Positions 1-9,595 of a DNA stretch of 42,729 bases are shown here, piece by piece. The DNA comes from Gaiellales bacterium (GTDB lineage Bacteria; Actinomycetota; Thermoleophilia; Gaiellales; F1-60-MAGs149), in the NCBI GenBank assembly GCA_044369995.1, contig JBILWG010000003.1:1-42729 (forward strand), written 5' to 3'. The translations under genes and the position numbers were made by a program. How positions within the stretch are numbered: the stretch's first letter is position 1; each line of letters opens with the position of its first letter. The notes beneath the pieces were generated by a model. That model searched no databases and was not told the origin of the DNA. It saw nothing but the letters and a program-made list of their open reading frames with translations.

Positions 1-1
1 C

Positions 2-892
2 ATCGTCGGGTACGACGAGAAGTTCGCCGCCGAGAACGGTGCGCTCTGGACCGACGGCGTGCTGCTGCATGTGCCGGCCGGCGTCAAGATCCAGCTGCCG
101 TTCCACGCGGCCTACGAGCTGGCCACACCGGGTGCTGCGCAGCAGTGGCGCATGATCGTGTCGCTCGGCGAGGGTGCGGAGGCGACGCTCGTGGAAGAGC
201 ATCTGCCCGGGCAGCCCGGCTACGCCAATGGCGTCGCCGAGCTGGTGCTGGCGGAGACCGCGCACCTCACCTACGTCGTCGTGCAGGATCGCCACGACGC
301 GACGGTGCACTTCGCCGCGCATCGCGCCGAGGTGGCCAAGGACGCGACGCTGGAGTGGTCGGCCTGCTCGATGGGTGCGAAGACGGGCAAGACCCGCATG
401 GAGACGCGGCTGACGGGTGAGGGTGCGACGGGGCGCCTCAGCGCGGTCTACGTGGTGGACGGCAAGCGCCATCTCGACCTCGACACCACGCAGGAGCATG
501 ACGCGCCGAACGCCGTCTCGGATCTCGCCTTCAAGGGCGTGCTGCTCGATAGCGCGCGCTCGGTCTGGCGCGGCGTCATCCGCGTCGCCGAGGGAGCGCA
601 GGGCACGGACGCCTACCAGGAGAACCGCAACCTGCTGCTGTCGCCCACGGCCCGCGCCGACTCCATTCCCGGCCTCGAGATCGACACCAACGACGTCCGC
701 TGCACGCACGGCGCGACGGCGGGTCCGGTCGATCCGCTGCTCAAGTTCTATCTGATGAGCCGTGGCATTCCGCAGGCCGAGGCCGAGCGCATGATCGTCG
801 AGGGCTTCCTCGAGGAGGCACTCGAGCGCATCCCGGATCTCCGCATCCGCGAGGCGCTCACCACGGCCGTCATGCGCCGCGTGCCCGTCTGA
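2..892 (+). CDS. sufD: Fe-S cluster assembly protein SufD (5'-partial)
   Basis: Frame is open from the window start (IVGYDEKFAAENGALWTDGVLL...). SufBD beta-helix motifs: FKGVL..SARSVWRGVIRV, TDAYQENRNLLLS..ARADSIPGLEIDTNDVRCTHGATAG, FYLMSRGI. Confidence 0.92.
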   Translation: MVGYDEKFAAENGALWTDGVLLHVPAGVKIQLPFHAAYELATPGAAQQWRMIVSLGEGAEATLVEEHLPGQPGYANGVAELVLAETAHLTYVVVQDRHDATVHFAAHRAEVAKDATLEWSACSMGAKTGKTRMETRLTGEGATGRLSAVYVVDGKRHLDLDTTQEHDAPNAVSDLAFKGVLLDSARSVWRGVIRVAEGAQGTDAYQENRNLLLSPTARADSIPGLEIDTNDVRCTHGATAGPVDPLLKFYLMSRGIPQAEAERMIVEGFLEEALERIPDLRIREALTTAVMRRVPV

Positions 893-897
893 CCGAG

Positions 898-1806
898 ATG
901 TCCAGCACGCCGTTCATGGGCACGCTCCCGCTGGGTGCTCCGGGGGCGGAGCCGGTCGACGCCATCCTGTTCGGCGCGCCGCACGGGACGCCGTACGCCG
1001 GCATCGACAACGAGGTGCACGCCGCCACCGCTGCCGTTCTGCGGTCGACGTCCAACGCCGACGGCGACTGGTCCGGACAGTGGAACTACGACGTCGGCGG
1101 CCCGATGTTCGGCCACCGCGGCTACCGGGTCGGCGACCTGGGCGATCTGCCGACCGCCAGCCAGGATGGTGCCGGCAATCGCACGCTGATCGAGGCGACG
1201 ACGCGCGCTATCGTCGCGGCCGGCGCGGTGCCGTTGATGGTCGGCGGCGACGACTCCGTGCCGATTCCGTTCCTGACCGGGCTCGAGGAGCTGGGACCAC
1301 TCACGATCCTGCAGATCGACGCGCACATCGACTGGCGACAGGAGCGCCGCGACGAGCCGTTCGGCTACTCGTCCACGATGCGCCGCGTCTCGGAACTGCC
1401 GCACGTCGAGCGGATCATCCAGGTGGGCATGCGCAACTTCGGCAGCGCGCGTGCCGAGGAGATCGCGATCGCGGACGAGTGGGGCGCCGAGATCGTCACC
1501 GCCCGCGACGTGCATCATCATGGGGTCGAGCCGGTGCTGGCGCGTATCCCCGCGGGTGCGACGGTCGCGGTGACGATCGACATGGACGCCTTCGATGCGT
1601 CGTTGATGCCGGCGGTGATGGCACCGTCCCCCGGTGGACTCGATTACACCCAGGTGACGGATCTGATCAGCGGCGTGGCGCGCCGCGGCAGGCTCGCCGC
1701 CTTCGATCTGATCGAATTCGTCCCGGCGCGCGATCGTGACGGCACCTGTGCGATCACCGCGGTCTCGCTGTTGCAGTTCGTGATCGGCACGCTCGCCGAC
1801 GTCTGA
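898..1806 (+). CDS. Ureohydrolase (agmatinase/arginase family), atypical GGDDS motif
   Basis: GDLGD, GGDDS (canonical GGDHS), IDAHID, QVGMR, TIDMDAFD and SPGGL motifs. Starts 5 nt after the sufD stop. Confidence 0.85.
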   Translation: MSSTPFMGTLPLGAPGAEPVDAILFGAPHGTPYAGIDNEVHAATAAVLRSTSNADGDWSGQWNYDVGGPMFGHRGYRVGDLGDLPTASQDGAGNRTLIEATTRAIVAAGAVPLMVGGDDSVPIPFLTGLEELGPLTILQIDAHIDWRQERRDEPFGYSSTMRRVSELPHVERIIQVGMRNFGSARAEEIAIADEWGAEIVTARDVHHHGVEPVLARIPAGATVAVTIDMDAFDASLMPAVMAPSPGGLDYTQVTDLISGVARRGRLAAFDLIEFVPARDRDGTCAITAVSLLQFVIGTLADV

Positions 1807-1807
1807 G

Positions 1808-3370
1808 CTACCGGCGGCGCTGGACGACGACGGACGGCTTCGCCGAGGCGAGCGGCCCGTTGGTCGGCGAGAACGAGGCGTTCAGGGTGTACGTCGTCGT
1901 GCGCTTGCGCGCCAGGGCGCGTCCTGCAGCCTTCATCACGCACTTCACCCGGTAGACCCCGGCGGCGGTCACGCGCCGCGACACGTGGCAGTAGCGATCG
2001 CCCTTGTACGTCATCGCGGCCGCGATCACGCCGGCACCGGTGGTCGTGACGTTGAAGGCCACGCCGACGCCCTTCTTCGTGTAGGTGACGGTGGCCGGGC
2101 CGACGGTCAGGATGCGCGCACGGTTGTCCTTGCGTGGCGTGACCCTTGTGGAGGCGGTGCTCGCCGCGCTGGTGCCGGCGACGTTGGTGGCGGTGACGGT
2201 GAAGGTGTAGGCCGTGCCGTTCTTGAGTCCGGTGAAGAGGCAGGTGGTGGCGCCGGCGGTGGTGCACGTGGCACCACCCGGCGTGGCGGTGGCGGTGTAG
2301 CGGGTGATCGGCGCGCCGCCGGTGTCCGTGGGAGCGGTCCAGCTGAGGGAGGCCACGGTGTCGCCCGGATCGGCAACGGGAGCGGTGGGCGCGCCGGGGA
2401 CGGCGGCGGGGCAGATGGCGATGCTCGTGATGGCATTGGCGACGGCGCCACTCAGTGTCGTGACCGGCGAGCCCGCTGCGTTCGTCACGGTGACCTGGGT
2501 GTAATCCGTGGCGTACACCGCGGAACCGTCCGGAGCCACGGCCACGTCCGTGACGGCAAACGAGGCCGCCGAGCCAATCGACGTGAGCGCGCCATCGCTG
2601 ATCGACGCGGTCATGAGCGAATTGCGGCCGACGGCGGAGGTGCCGAGGTAGAGCCGGGTGCCATCGGGAGAGACCGTGATCGCGGTCGGCTGGCCGACAA
2701 TCCCGCTGAACAGGACGTTGGCGTTCGAGCCGCTCAGCAGGGCGGAGGAGATCGAGAACGGCGTGTCGTTGGCGGTGTAGGCGGTGGTGGCCGAGCGGGC
2801 AACTGCGCTGGCCGTGGCGCCAAGCGCGAAGGTCGTCTGCACTGCGCCAGTGGTGGTCGAGCGCGCCGTCAGGTCGGTGCCCGCGGTCACGTACAGCAGC
2901 GCGCCATCAGCGCTGACGACGGCGTCGGTCGGTGACGTGCCGGCCGGATAGGAGCCAGTCACCGTCAGCGCCGTCGTGTCCACGGCCGCGAACGTGTCGC
3001 TGCCGCTGTTGACGACGTAGGCACGGGTGCCATCCGGCGCGATCGCGATCGCGACCGGCGTGCTCAGCCCGGAGATGCTCGCGCTGATCGTGTTCGTCGA
3101 GGTGTCGATGACACGGACGAGGTTGGCAGCGGTATCGACGGCGTAGACGGTGCGGCCGTCCGGCGAAACCGCCACATCCGCGAATTGGGTCCCGACCCCG
3201 GTGAGTGTGGCGGTGACCGCGTTGGTGGACGTCGAGAAGCGCTGGATCGTGCCGGCGGATGTCACGAGATAGCCCGAACCCGCGCACGTGGCGGCAGAGG
3301 CGGTGGACGCGAGCCCGAGCGCCGCCCCGAGGGCGACGACGAGCATCGCCACAGAGCGAGCGACGTGCAT
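1808..3370 (-). CDS. Secreted YVTN/YncE beta-propeller protein with FN3 domain and basic C-terminal domain
   Basis: Signal peptide ending TASA-A; repeated VAVSPDG..VY / IAPDGTRAYVVN blades; FN3 (SWTAP..TGGAPITRY...GLKNGTAYTFTVTATN). Start set at ATG 3370 by a TATGCT -10 six nt upstream. Confidence 0.8.
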   Translation of the reverse strand: MHVARSVAMLVVALGAALGLASTASAATCAGSGYLVTSAGTIQRFSTSTNAVTATLTGVGTQFADVAVSPDGRTVYAVDTAANLVRVIDTSTNTISASISGLSTPVAIAIAPDGTRAYVVNSGSDTFAAVDTTALTVTGSYPAGTSPTDAVVSADGALLYVTAGTDLTARSTTTGAVQTTFALGATASAVARSATTAYTANDTPFSISSALLSGSNANVLFSGIVGQPTAITVSPDGTRLYLGTSAVGRNSLMTASISDGALTSIGSAASFAVTDVAVAPDGSAVYATDYTQVTVTNAAGSPVTTLSGAVANAITSIAICPAAVPGAPTAPVADPGDTVASLSWTAPTDTGGAPITRYTATATPGGATCTTAGATTCLFTGLKNGTAYTFTVTATNVAGTSAASTASTRVTPRKDNRARILTVGPATVTYTKKGVGVAFNVTTTGAGVIAAAMTYKGDRYCHVSRRVTAAGVYRVKCVMKAAGRALARKRTTTYTLNASFSPTNGPLASAKPSVVVQRRR

Positions 3371-3377
3371 GCACGCA

Positions 3378-3483
3378 GCATACGACCGTTTCGGCGTGGT
3401 TCCTGTCTGGATGAGTGGGAAGCCGTTGCGCATGCACCGGAGAGCGATGATCGTGCTTCCCTTTGGCGCCGAAGGTCGTGCGT
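3378..3483. repeat. Long imperfect inverted repeat (nested stems)
   Basis: TACGACC 3381-3387 pairs with GGTCGTG 3474-3480; TTCGGCGT 3390-3397 with GCGCCGAA 3466-3473; GGGAAGC 3417-3423 with GCTTCCC 3455-3461. Confidence 0.55.
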
Positions 3484-3526
3484 CCGGCGTTTATCTCCCT
3501 CGGCCATGCTTCAGCCATGGCGCAGA

Positions 3527-3562
3527 TTGCACCAGCTCAGATATATGGCACAATGTATGGCA
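3527..3562 (+). promoter_or_regulatory. vapBC promoter with candidate operator repeat
   Basis: TTGCAC (3527-3532), 16 nt, CACAAT (3549-3554, preceded by TGG), 7 nt, ATG 3562. Direct repeat TATGGCA at 3544-3550 and 3556-3562 overlaps the -10 and the start. Confidence 0.55.
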
Positions 3563-3786
3563 TGCACCGCACGACCATTTACCTCCCAGAGGACATGAAG
3601 GCGCGGGTCGCTGAGATGGCAAGAATCCGCGAGATAACGGAGGCGGAGTTCATCCGTGGGGCTATCGAGAAGGCACTCGAGCGTCCGCGCCCCCGTGGTG
3701 GGTTATTCAACTCCGGCATGCCCGATCTGGCCTCGCGTGACGAGTACTACCTGGAGAAGTGGGGTTTCGGCGAATGGGAGTCCTAA
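3562..3786 (+). CDS. vapB: Ribbon-helix-helix (CopG-like) antitoxin VapB
   Basis: N-terminal RHH signature MHRTTIYLPEDMK...ITEAEFIRGAI; C-terminal GLFNSG..DLASR..YL..GFG; overlaps the downstream PIN gene. Alternative start at 3553. Confidence 0.85.
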   Translation: MHRTTIYLPEDMKARVAEMARIREITEAEFIRGAIEKALERPRPRGGLFNSGMPDLASRDEYYLEKWGFGEWES

Positions 3787-4187
3787 TCGATACCAGCGCG
3801 CTGTTCGCCTTTCTCGACCGTGCCGCCCCCGAGCACGAAGCGGTAGCGGCACTCATCGAGGCAGAGCGAGAACCTATGGTGGTGAGCCCGTTTGTGCTTG
3901 CTGAGCTGGATCACCTCGTTGCCAAGCGGCTTGGGGATCGGCAGGCGCGAGCAGCCTTGAACGAGATATTGGCTGGGGCATACGATCTTGCGAGCTATGC
4001 AGCAGATGATCTTCGCGCAGCACTGGCGGTACTCGAACGATTTGCGGACCGCGGTCTTGGACTGACAGACGCGTCGATCGTCGTCCTTGCCGACCGGCTC
4101 GGGATCAAGACGGTCTTCACGCTGGACCGCCGCGACTTCGAGGGTCTCGTCCGCTCGGACGGAACCCCGCTGACGATCCTGCCCTAG
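3774..4187 (+). CDS. vapC: PIN-domain ribonuclease toxin VapC
   Basis: LIDTSAL, VLAEL, GLTDASIV and FTLDRRDF: the acidic PIN catalytic residues are present. Confidence 0.92.
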   Translation: MGVLIDTSALFAFLDRAAPEHEAVAALIEAEREPMVVSPFVLAELDHLVAKRLGDRQARAALNEILAGAYDLASYAADDLRAALAVLERFADRGLGLTDASIVVLADRLGIKTVFTLDRRDFEGLVRSDGTPLTILP

Positions 4188-5515
4188 TCCTGCGCGTCGA
4201 ACCGCTCGTGGATCACAGCGGCATGCGCGGGGAAGCCCTCGTGGTCGGCCAGCGCGACGATGTCCGGTGCGAGCGCGGCGAGCGCCGACTCCGTGGCGCG
4301 GGCCAGCGAGATCGTCTTCGTGAACGCGAGCGACGTCACCCCGCTCGTGACACGAGCGTAGCCCGACGTGGGCAGGGTGGCCGGAATCCCGATCAGGTAG
4401 TTGCCCGCGCTGAACGGCGTGTGCTGGCCGAGCAGCACCTCGCCGGCGTGCTCGATGCCCGCCAGGATCGCCTCGTCGTCGGCGGTGGCCAGCTGCATGT
4501 GCTCGGGGGCGTAGAGGTTGGCGACCTCGATCGCCTCGGCACGATCGCGCACCAGCACGGCACCGCCGTTGATGCCGATCGCCGCGGCGGCCATCGTGCG
4601 GCGCGGCTCGGGCAATGCCGCGAGCTGGCGCTCCAGCTCCGGCTGCACGCGCTCGATCACGTCGGGCTCCCACGTGATCAGCACGGCGGCCGAGTCGGTG
4701 CCGTGCTCGGCCTCGTTGAGGAGGTCGGCGGCCAGGAGGCGGGAATCGGCGGTGGCGTCGGCGATGATCAGGCTCTCCGACGCGGCGAGGATCTGCATGC
4801 CACCGACGCCGTGGCGCTGGATCTCGAGCTGCGCGCTCGCGACGGGCGGACTGCCGGGGCCCAGCACCTTGCGGCAGGCGGGGATCGACTCCGTGCCGAA
4901 GGCGAGTGCGGCGACGCCCGCCGGACCGTTGGCGCGAAACACCTCGCGCAGGCCGAGCTCCTCGGCCACCACCAGCACCGCCGGATCGACCTTGCCGTCG
5001 GAGCCGGGGATGGGTGGCACGACGACGGCGATCTCGGGCACGCCCGCCACCACCGCCGGCGTGCCGATCTGCACCAGCACGCTTGGGAACGAGCCCTTGC
5101 CACTCGGGACGAAGAGCCCCGCACTGGCGATCGCCGTGCGCTTCTCACCGACCATCAGTCCGGGCTCGATGTCGAAGCGCCAGTCGCCGTGGGCCAGCGT
5201 CTGCTCGTTGAAGCGTCGGGAGTGGTCGATCGCGTGGCGGATCGCCACCTGGACGGCCTCGGGAATCTCGTCGCGGGCGGCGGCGAACTCGGCATCCGTG
5301 ATCCGCAGCCCGTCGGGCGAGACGACGCAGCCGTCGAAGCGCTCCAGCGCCCGGCAGACAGCGGCATCGCCGTCGGCACGCACCTCGGCGACGAGCGCGA
5401 CGATCGACGCCTGCAGCGCGGGATCGAAGATGTCGTCGAGGCCGCGGGCGAGGAATGCGGCACGCCCCGTCTCGTCGAGGTCGGCCCAGCGACGAACCAC
5501 AAGCGGTGCAGTCAT
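4184..5515 (-). CDS. Histidinol dehydrogenase family protein (divergent HisD paralog)
   Basis: GLFVPSGK..FPS, GTESIP..KVLGPG, DLLNEAEH, YAPEH, LPTSG.AR..SGV and EGFPAH motifs. Several active-site motifs deviate from canonical HisD. Confidence 0.85.
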   Translation of the reverse strand: MTAPLVVRRWADLDETGRAAFLARGLDDIFDPALQASIVALVAEVRADGDAAVCRALERFDGCVVSPDGLRITDAEFAAARDEIPEAVQVAIRHAIDHSRRFNEQTLAHGDWRFDIEPGLMVGEKRTAIASAGLFVPSGKGSFPSVLVQIGTPAVVAGVPEIAVVVPPIPGSDGKVDPAVLVVAEELGLREVFRANGPAGVAALAFGTESIPACRKVLGPGSPPVASAQLEIQRHGVGGMQILAASESLIIADATADSRLLAADLLNEAEHGTDSAAVLITWEPDVIERVQPELERQLAALPEPRRTMAAAAIGINGGAVLVRDRAEAIEVANLYAPEHMQLATADDEAILAGIEHAGEVLLGQHTPFSAGNYLIGIPATLPTSGYARVTSGVTSLAFTKTISLARATESALAALAPDIVALADHEGFPAHAAVIHERFDAQD

Positions 5516-5529
5516 GGCTGGAAGGGTAG

Positions 5530-5570
5530 GCGCAGTCCGGTCGGGCTGCGCAGAGGCAGAACGGCTAGCG
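5530..5570 (-). repeat. Post-stop motif plus GC hairpin (copy 1)
   Basis: Hairpin gcgcagtccg/cgggctgcgc at 5530-5551; ggcagaacggctagcg at 5555-5570 is identical to 34671-34686. Confidence 0.5.
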
Positions 5571-8500
5571 CGCCTTGACGATCACGCGCGAGCCGACCAC
5601 GATCACCTTGTTCGACCAGGCGGAGAGGCCGTTCGGCGTGACTGTGCGCACCTGGAAGACGATGCGCTTGCCCTTGCCCACCTGCACCTTGGGGCGAGAC
5701 GAGCGCGTGGTCAGCGTCAGCTTGCCGTCGCGGTACACCTTGTACACCGCGCCCTTCACGCTGGGCAGTGTCAGCACCATGGTCTCACCGGTGCGCGTGG
5801 CGGCGGCCACGCGGGGACGCACGTCGAGGGCGCCGAGCGTGGTGCCCTGCGGGCTCTTGGCGACCGTGGGCGCAGCCGGCGCCGGTGCCGCGGGTGCGGG
5901 GGTCACGGGCGCCTCGGTGTCGATCGCCGTGCCGATGTAGAGCAGGCGATTGAGGCTGCCCGGACCAGGATCGCCGACGCGGTTGAGCGAGGCGCTGCCC
6001 GTGATCGCCGTGGAGACGACCTGCGCGGAGGTGCTGCGCGAGCTGGCCAGCTGCAGTGCAACGGCGCCCGCGACGTGCGGGGCGGCCATCGAGGTGCCCG
6101 AGTGCGTGGCCAGAGCGGTACTCGAGGCCGCGTCCGCGGAGACGATGGCGACGCCCGGAGCGAACAGGTCGACGCATGCGCCGTAGTTGGAGAACGAGGC
6201 GCGTCGGTCGTTCTGATCCGACGCGCCGACCGTCAGTGCGGCGGGGGCGGAGGCGGGCGAGGCCCCACAGGCGTCGGCACCGCTGTTGCCCGCGGCGACG
6301 ACGACGATGACGCCGTCGTCGATCACGCCCTGGACCGCGGCGTTGACCGCCCGCGAGTAGCCACCGCCGAGGCTCATGTTGGCGACCGCCAGCGCGTTCG
6401 CGGCGTGGTGCGCAGCGACCCAGTTGAGCCCGGCGATGACGTCGGACGTGTAGCCCGCGCCGTCGCAGTCGAGCACGCGGACCGGAACGAGCTCGACCTC
6501 CGGGGCGACGCCGTAGTCGGCGCCGCCGATCGTGCCGGCGACGTGCGTGCCGTGGCCCTGGCAGTCCTCCGTGCCGTTGCCGTCGTCCTGCCCCTGTCCG
6601 ATGCTGACAAAGCCCGCGCGGACGCGGCCGCTGAACTGCTCATGGTCCGAGCGGATGCCCGTGTCGATCACGTAGGCCATCACGCCGGCGCCGCCGGCGG
6701 CAGCGGCCGTGGAGTCCATCGTGCCGTCGAGGGGGAGATTGCGCTGGTCGAGGCGGTCCAGGCCCCACGAGGCGGCGCGCGGCGAGCGCGTGCGACCGCT
6801 GGGCGTGATGGCGGCCGACGGGGCGGAGGCCTCGCTCGTGCCCGTGGCGTTCGTGGCCGTGACTGTGACCGTGTACGGCGTGCCGTTGGTCAGCCCCACG
6901 ATCGTGCAGGAGCGCGCGCCGCTGGTGGTGCACTTGGCGTTGCCGGGCGCCGCCGTCGCCGTGTAGCGCGTGATCGCGCTGCCGCCATCGAGTGCCGGCG
7001 CGGACCAGCTGACGGCGATGCGGGCGTTGCCGGGCGTGCCGGTGACGTTGCGCGGTGCGCTCGGCGCCGCCGGCACGGCGAACGCGTGCGTGAGCATGGT
7101 CGCCCCGCGGGCGCCGCCCCAGCCATCGATCGCGATCGCGTAGCGCGTGCCGCTCGTGACGGGGAAGGAGAGGCTGCTCCAGGTGCCGCCGGGTGCGTCG
7201 TCGTTCTGGGCGATCGTGGCGAGCGTGCCGACACCCGTGCCGGTGTACGCGCCGAGGACCGTGTCGTAGGCGCTGCCCTGCGTGCTCAGCGTCAACGTGC
7301 CGCTGGCCGGTGCCGTCCACGCGTACCAGATCGAGGCGGCGGGGGCCTGGCTGCCGTGCGTCGGCTCGCCCGCCTCGCGCGTGGCCGTCGCCGTGGAGCC
7401 CGTGGTCGTCCCGGTGCTGCCGCTCAGCACCGCGGCGTCGGCGAAGGCGTCGTTCGTCGCGACCGGCGTGGGCGTGAAGGCGAGATTGAGGATGGTCGTC
7501 CCGCGGGCGCCGCCCCAGCCGTCGATCGCGATCGCATAGCTGGCACCGTTCGACACGGAGACCGTGACGCGGCTCCAGAGGGTGCCGCTCGCCACGTCGT
7601 CGTTGTCGGCCAGCGTCGACAGGGTGGAGACGCTGGCGCCCGTGTACACGCCGAGGAGGGTGTCGAAGGAGCTGCCCTGCGTGGTCAGCGTCAGCGTGCC
7701 GGTGGCCGGTGCCGTCCAGCGGTACCAGATCGAGGCCGAGCCACCCGTGCCGCCGTGGGCAGGCTCGCCCAGCTGCCGGGTGGCGTTCGCGGTCGAGCCG
7801 CTCACCGTCGAGCCGCTCACCGTCGCGGCATCCTGGAAGTCGTCGTTCGACAGCCCGGCCGCCGGCGTCGCCGTGACGGCACTGGTGTAGGGGCTCTGGC
7901 CGGCGCTGTTGACGGCGGCGACGCGAAACGCGTACACGGTGCCGTTGGCCAGTCCGCCGACCTCGGCGGTGGTGAGGCTGGAGACACCGTCGGCGACCGT
8001 GGTCCAGGCGCCCCCGGCGACGGACTGCTGGATCACGTAGTCGGTGATCGCGGTGCCGCCCGCATCGGCAGGCACGTCGAACGTCAGCGTCACGCGTGCG
8101 TTCGACGGCGTGGCCACGAGGCTCCGCGGCGCGGTCGGAAGCGTGATCGGCGTCGGGGTGAGCGAGAGCGAGGCCAGCAGCAGGTTCGGCGAGCCGTTGC
8201 CGGGGCTGCTGACGACGGAGGGTGTGGCGTTCGCCGTCAGACGCGCGGCGATCGTGCCGGGGGTGGCCGCGGGGTCGGCCGCCAGCAGGAGTGCCGCGGC
8301 ACCGGCGACGTGCGGCGAGGCCATGGAGGTGCCGGAGATCGTGTTCGTGGCCGTCGGCGACGTCCACCAGGCGGAGAGGATGCCCGAGCCCGGCGCGAAG
8401 ATGTCGACGCAGGGACCGAAGTTGGAGTACGACGCGCGGGCGTCGCCGCTCGTGGTGGCTCCGACGGTGACCGCCTGCGGAGCACGTGCCGGCGAGACGT

Positions 8501-9563
8501 TGCATGCGTCGCTGCTCTCGTTGCCGGCGGCGACGACGAAGGTGACGCCATCGCTGATGCCACGCTGGACGGCAGCGTCCAGGGTGCTCGAGGCGCCGCC
8601 GCCGAGGCTCATGTTGGCGACGGCCGGCGTGCCGGCGGCGTGATCGCCGACGACCCAGTCGATGCCGCTGATGACCCCGGAGGTGGAGCCGGAGCCGGAG
8701 CAGCTGAGCACGCGCACGGGGACGAGGGTGACGCCCTTGGCGACGCCGTACGCGCTGCCGCCGACGGTGCCGGCGACGTGCGTGCCGTGGCCGTTGCAGT
8801 CCGAACCGGAGCCGCCCGGGGTGATCGCGTCGAAGCCGGCGCGGGTGCGCCCGGTGAACTGCGCGTGGGAGGTGAGGATGCCGGTGTCGATGATGTAGGC
8901 CGTGACGCCCGCACCGGTCTGCGTATAGGTGTAGAGCCCGTCGAGCGGCAGCTGGCGCTGGTCGATGCGATCGAGGCCCCAGGGCGCACCGCTCTGCGTG
9001 GCGCTGATGCCGACGACGCGGTCGGGCTCGACGCGGACGACGGCCGGGTGCTTGGCGATCCGCGCGGCCTGGGCCGCGGTCAGCTCGGCGGCGTAGCCGT
9101 TGATGGCGTTGGTGTACACGGCGAACGGCGGCGTGCCGACGGCGCTGGCGAAGGCGGCGGGCTGTGCCGAGGGCTCGAGCGTGACGATGTAGCGCCCGGG
9201 GATCGCCGAGCCGACCTTGGCTCCGGCCGGCGGCGTGCTGGCCGGCGCGGTCGTGTCGAGCGCGCGAACCAGCCGGTCGCGCTCGACGATGCGCACCTGG
9301 GGGTCGTTGCGCAGACGGGCCACGTCGGCTGCATCGAGCTCGGCGACGAAGCCGTCGACGCCGCTGCGGAAGACGTCGGAGACGTCGTTGTCGCGACGCT
9401 CCTCGGCGGCCACCTTGGCGGCCACGTTGGTGCCGTCGTCCAAGATCACGATGTAGTCCTGCGCCGGAGCGGCGGTGGCCACCGCCGTCAGGGCAAGCCA
9501 CACTGCGCCGGTCGCGAGGACGGCGAGGGGGCGGAACGGGCTGGTGATTGGGCGACGACGCAT
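5565..9563 (-). CDS. Secreted S8 serine protease: 2x I9 propeptide, S8, FN3, 2x PPC-like beta domain, FN3, second S8, basic C-terminal domain
   Basis: Signal peptide; GGGAG RBS before ATG 9563. Two complete triads: IIDTG/NGHGTH/GTSMAS and VIDTG/QGHGTH/GTSMAA. WGLDR(I/L)DQR starts typical of the proteinase K/aqualysin subfamily. Confidence 0.92.
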   Translation of the reverse strand: MRRRPITSPFRPLAVLATGAVWLALTAVATAAPAQDYIVILDDGTNVAAKVAAEERRDNDVSDVFRSGVDGFVAELDAADVARLRNDPQVRIVERDRLVRALDTTAPASTPPAGAKVGSAIPGRYIVTLEPSAQPAAFASAVGTPPFAVYTNAINGYAAELTAAQAARIAKHPAVVRVEPDRVVGISATQSGAPWGLDRIDQRQLPLDGLYTYTQTGAGVTAYIIDTGILTSHAQFTGRTRAGFDAITPGGSGSDCNGHGTHVAGTVGGSAYGVAKGVTLVPVRVLSCSGSGSTSGVISGIDWVVGDHAAGTPAVANMSLGGGASSTLDAAVQRGISDGVTFVVAAGNESSDACNVSPARAPQAVTVGATTSGDARASYSNFGPCVDIFAPGSGILSAWWTSPTATNTISGTSMASPHVAGAAALLLAADPAATPGTIAARLTANATPSVVSSPGNGSPNLLLASLSLTPTPITLPTAPRSLVATPSNARVTLTFDVPADAGGTAITDYVIQQSVAGGAWTTVADGVSSLTTAEVGGLANGTVYAFRVAAVNSAGQSPYTSAVTATPAAGLSNDDFQDAATVSGSTVSGSTANATRQLGEPAHGGTGGSASIWYRWTAPATGTLTLTTQGSSFDTLLGVYTGASVSTLSTLADNDDVASGTLWSRVTVSVSNGASYAIAIDGWGGARGTTILNLAFTPTPVATNDAFADAAVLSGSTGTTTGSTATATREAGEPTHGSQAPAASIWYAWTAPASGTLTLSTQGSAYDTVLGAYTGTGVGTLATIAQNDDAPGGTWSSLSFPVTSGTRYAIAIDGWGGARGATMLTHAFAVPAAPSAPRNVTGTPGNARIAVSWSAPALDGGSAITRYTATAAPGNAKCTTSGARSCTIVGLTNGTPYTVTVTATNATGTSEASAPSAAITPSGRTRSPRAASWGLDRLDQRNLPLDGTMDSTAAAAGGAGVMAYVIDTGIRSDHEQFSGRVRAGFVSIGQGQDDGNGTEDCQGHGTHVAGTIGGADYGVAPEVELVPVRVLDCDGAGYTSDVIAGLNWVAAHHAANALAVANMSLGGGYSRAVNAAVQGVIDDGVIVVVAAGNSGADACGASPASAPAALTVGASDQNDRRASFSNYGACVDLFAPGVAIVSADAASSTALATHSGTSMAAPHVAGAVALQLASSRSTSAQVVSTAITGSASLNRVGDPGPGSLNRLLYIGTAIDTEAPVTPAPAAPAPAAPTVAKSPQGTTLGALDVRPRVAAATRTGETMVLTLPSVKGAVYKVYRDGKLTLTTRSSRPKVQVGKGKRIVFQVRTVTPNGLSAWSNKVIVVGSRVIVKAR

Positions 9564-9595
9564 GTGATGGCTCCCGCGCGAATGGTTGCGAGGCG

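Noticed and set aside
5516-5567. UAG read-through (pyrrolysine/SECIS-like recoding) at the repeated post-stop motif
   Set aside because: Read-through gives no in-frame fusion to the next gene at either main copy, the proteins look complete, and no recoding machinery is in the window.
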